Below are positions 62,208 to 64,000 of a DNA stretch of 64,000 nt, one piece after another. A program made the position numbers and the translations under genes. This DNA is from Felis catus. Lineage: Eukaryota. Under the pieces are notes generated by a model. That model searched no databases and was not told where the DNA came from. It saw only the letters and a program-made list of their open reading frames with translations. Location: the NCBI RefSeq assembly GCF_018350175.1, contig NC_058383.1, forward strand, positions 15,564,001-15,628,000, given 5' to 3'. The first letter of the stretch is position 1; every line of letters begins with the position of its first letter.

Positions 62208-63739
62208 CAAAAATAAGCATTTCATAAGACTTTCAAAATGTTTGACTTCTACTGTGAAACTCTTGCTTTTAGTGTGATAACTTTATTTATGGGTTAAGAA
62301 AGCCACTTAACAACATTTGTATTCTGAATCACAGAATAGACAGGTGTGTCACATAGCTTTCTTCTCCATTTTAGGGATAGGTCATCTCTGCTACAGATGT
62401 ATACTTTGCAAACAATAAAAACACATGTGCCAAAAATTAAATTCATAGTCAAGATGAAATTCTGTCTCCAAAGATTGACACAAGTAAATGAAACAAGATC
62501 TTAGTTCTTCTCTATGTGGATATTAAAATAAGTACTGATCATTTTTTTTCCCACTGGAAACCAACATCAGAAAACAATGAATTCTCATCAAGTTAACAAG
62601 TACTCATAGAACACTTGTGAATGCCCAGCTCGGACTGAGAATGCAAACAAATAGAAGGAGAATTCCTGTTTATAGAAGCTTACAAATTAGCAGGGTCGGA
62701 CACTTTTTACACAATGAAACAACTAGCAAATGAGCATACAACTCAGTTCAAACATTTAATGAGCACATAATCAAGCACCACATTGGGCCCACACAGTCTT
62801 CATCAGCCAAATAGCAGCAGTCTGTGTGTGTGTGTAAGATCTACCTAAAATTCCATTTTAATCATGAAAAGACCCTCCTTAAAACCCTTCCTCGGTTTTG
62901 TCGTCATCAGCTCCTGAATCTCTGCCCTGCACTTTTTTACTTTTCAAAAACCGTCTCCTAGTAGTTAGTTATTGGCCTATTCTCCTGTTACTTGTCCCAC
63001 CCCCATATTCCAACCAATCCCTAAAATTCCCACCCAACCTTGTTAGTTTCAAAGTTATCGTGCTTCAAGATACTTCCATAAAGTATTCCCTGATTATCTT
63101 TCTTCACCCTCCATACCCTGCAGTGTCCCTCCTCACGCTCTATCTTGGCTCTATTTACCACACCGTATTGAAAGTATCTTTATTGTCCCTCTCTAACTTC
63201 TAGAGAGAAGAAACATGATTGCTTGGAAGATCGGTGAAATTTCAAATCCTGAACTCGGTTTAATCTTCCGCACAGCCAGTAACTCTTACAAAGTAACATT
63301 ATTTGTCATTAAATGGATTAACAATACAATCAAATCTTACCCGTCCGGCAAACTTTCTTGTTTTAACCATTTTACATTAACAGGCTTTTTAAAAAGCAGT
63401 TTCAAGTTTACAGGAAAAAAAAGTACAACTATTTTTAAATCTCACAAACAAAAGTAAAAACTCTTCATATTCAAAAAACGACTCCCCTGGTGATGCTGTC
63501 AACTCGTCTTGGCAATTTTCACATCTAATCTAAAGGGTAAAAGGAGCCCATCAGAGCCCACTGACACACTTCCCAACGACAGGACTTGGTCACCAGCGCT
63601 GAGGCACCACCAGATGTCTATGACCTACTCTCTAAAGCAGCTGAGTCCCTCCCTCCCTGTGACTAAACTTCCGTGATGGGCATCACCTCTGCTCTCCTCT
63701 AAACCAGTTCTGCTCCTAACTCCAGGCCCACAACTTCCC

Positions 63740-64000
63740 CCTCAACGACGGCGCGAGAGTTAGGACCGGTGTTCAAGTCCCCACATCACCAAAGACTGCA
63801 CCCTCCCGGCTCCGGGACCTTTCCTCCCCAAGAACGACGTGGGTTCTTGAAGCCCCGGAGCCCCTGCCAAGGCCGGGCTGCTCTCCGGGTCTGAGCCGCC
63901 AACCCGGACGGACCCCCGAGGGACCCAGGGCACGAGCCGACGGGCCGCCACCACAGGTGTCCCCTCCAACTGCACGGGCTGGACAGTGAAGAGGAAGCCG
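63740..64000. promoter_or_regulatory. Edge of the RABGEF1 promoter CpG island (exon 1 probably beyond the window end)
   Basis: Abrupt rise in GC and CpG density (cgacggcgcgag, cccggacggacccccg, gccgacgggccgcc) at the 5' side of the gene. No convincing exon 1 donor within this stretch. Confidence 0.75.

Noticed and set aside
3709..62225. Many 60-90 aa ORFs of the type MAQSVKRPTSAQVMIS...LCLSLSQK or ...GHDLAVREFEP...
   Set aside because: These are translations of Can-SINE consensus sequence, not genes.
1..64000. tRNA genes, CRISPR arrays or prokaryote-type systems
   Set aside because: The tRNA-like A/B boxes belong to SINE heads. There are no regularly spaced repeat arrays, and the sequence is a mammalian intron-rich locus.

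Overview
This is mammalian genomic DNA, almost certainly from a felid, based on SINEC_Fc-type Can-SINEs and felid-type L1 3' ends. The window holds nearly the whole RABGEF1 (Rabex-5) gene on the minus strand. Eight coding exons (179+167+167+82+133+92+257+399 = 1476 nt) have GT-AG junctions and consistent phases, and encode an intact 491-aa protein: A20 zinc finger, MIU, helical bundle, VPS9 GEF domain and C-terminal coiled coil. A 3' UTR of about 1.9 kb probably ends near position 1325. The edge of the promoter CpG island lies at the right end, so the main exon 1 is probably just outside the window. Introns are rich in Can-SINEs, L1 fragments, MIRs, solo LTRs and DNA transposons. I did not find a wholly new biological system. 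The best leads are: (1) a candidate alternative upstream exon at about 57.7 kb with two competing donors, one giving an in-frame N-terminal extension and the other an overlapping uORF; (2) a decayed GRPEL1 processed pseudogene in intron 4; (3) NAGNAG acceptors at exons 2 and 4; (4) an unidentified TSD-flanked retro-insertion inside a Tigger1 element; (5) inverted SINE arrangements that could drive editing or back-splicing. Repeat subfamily names and human comparisons come from memory and need database confirmation.
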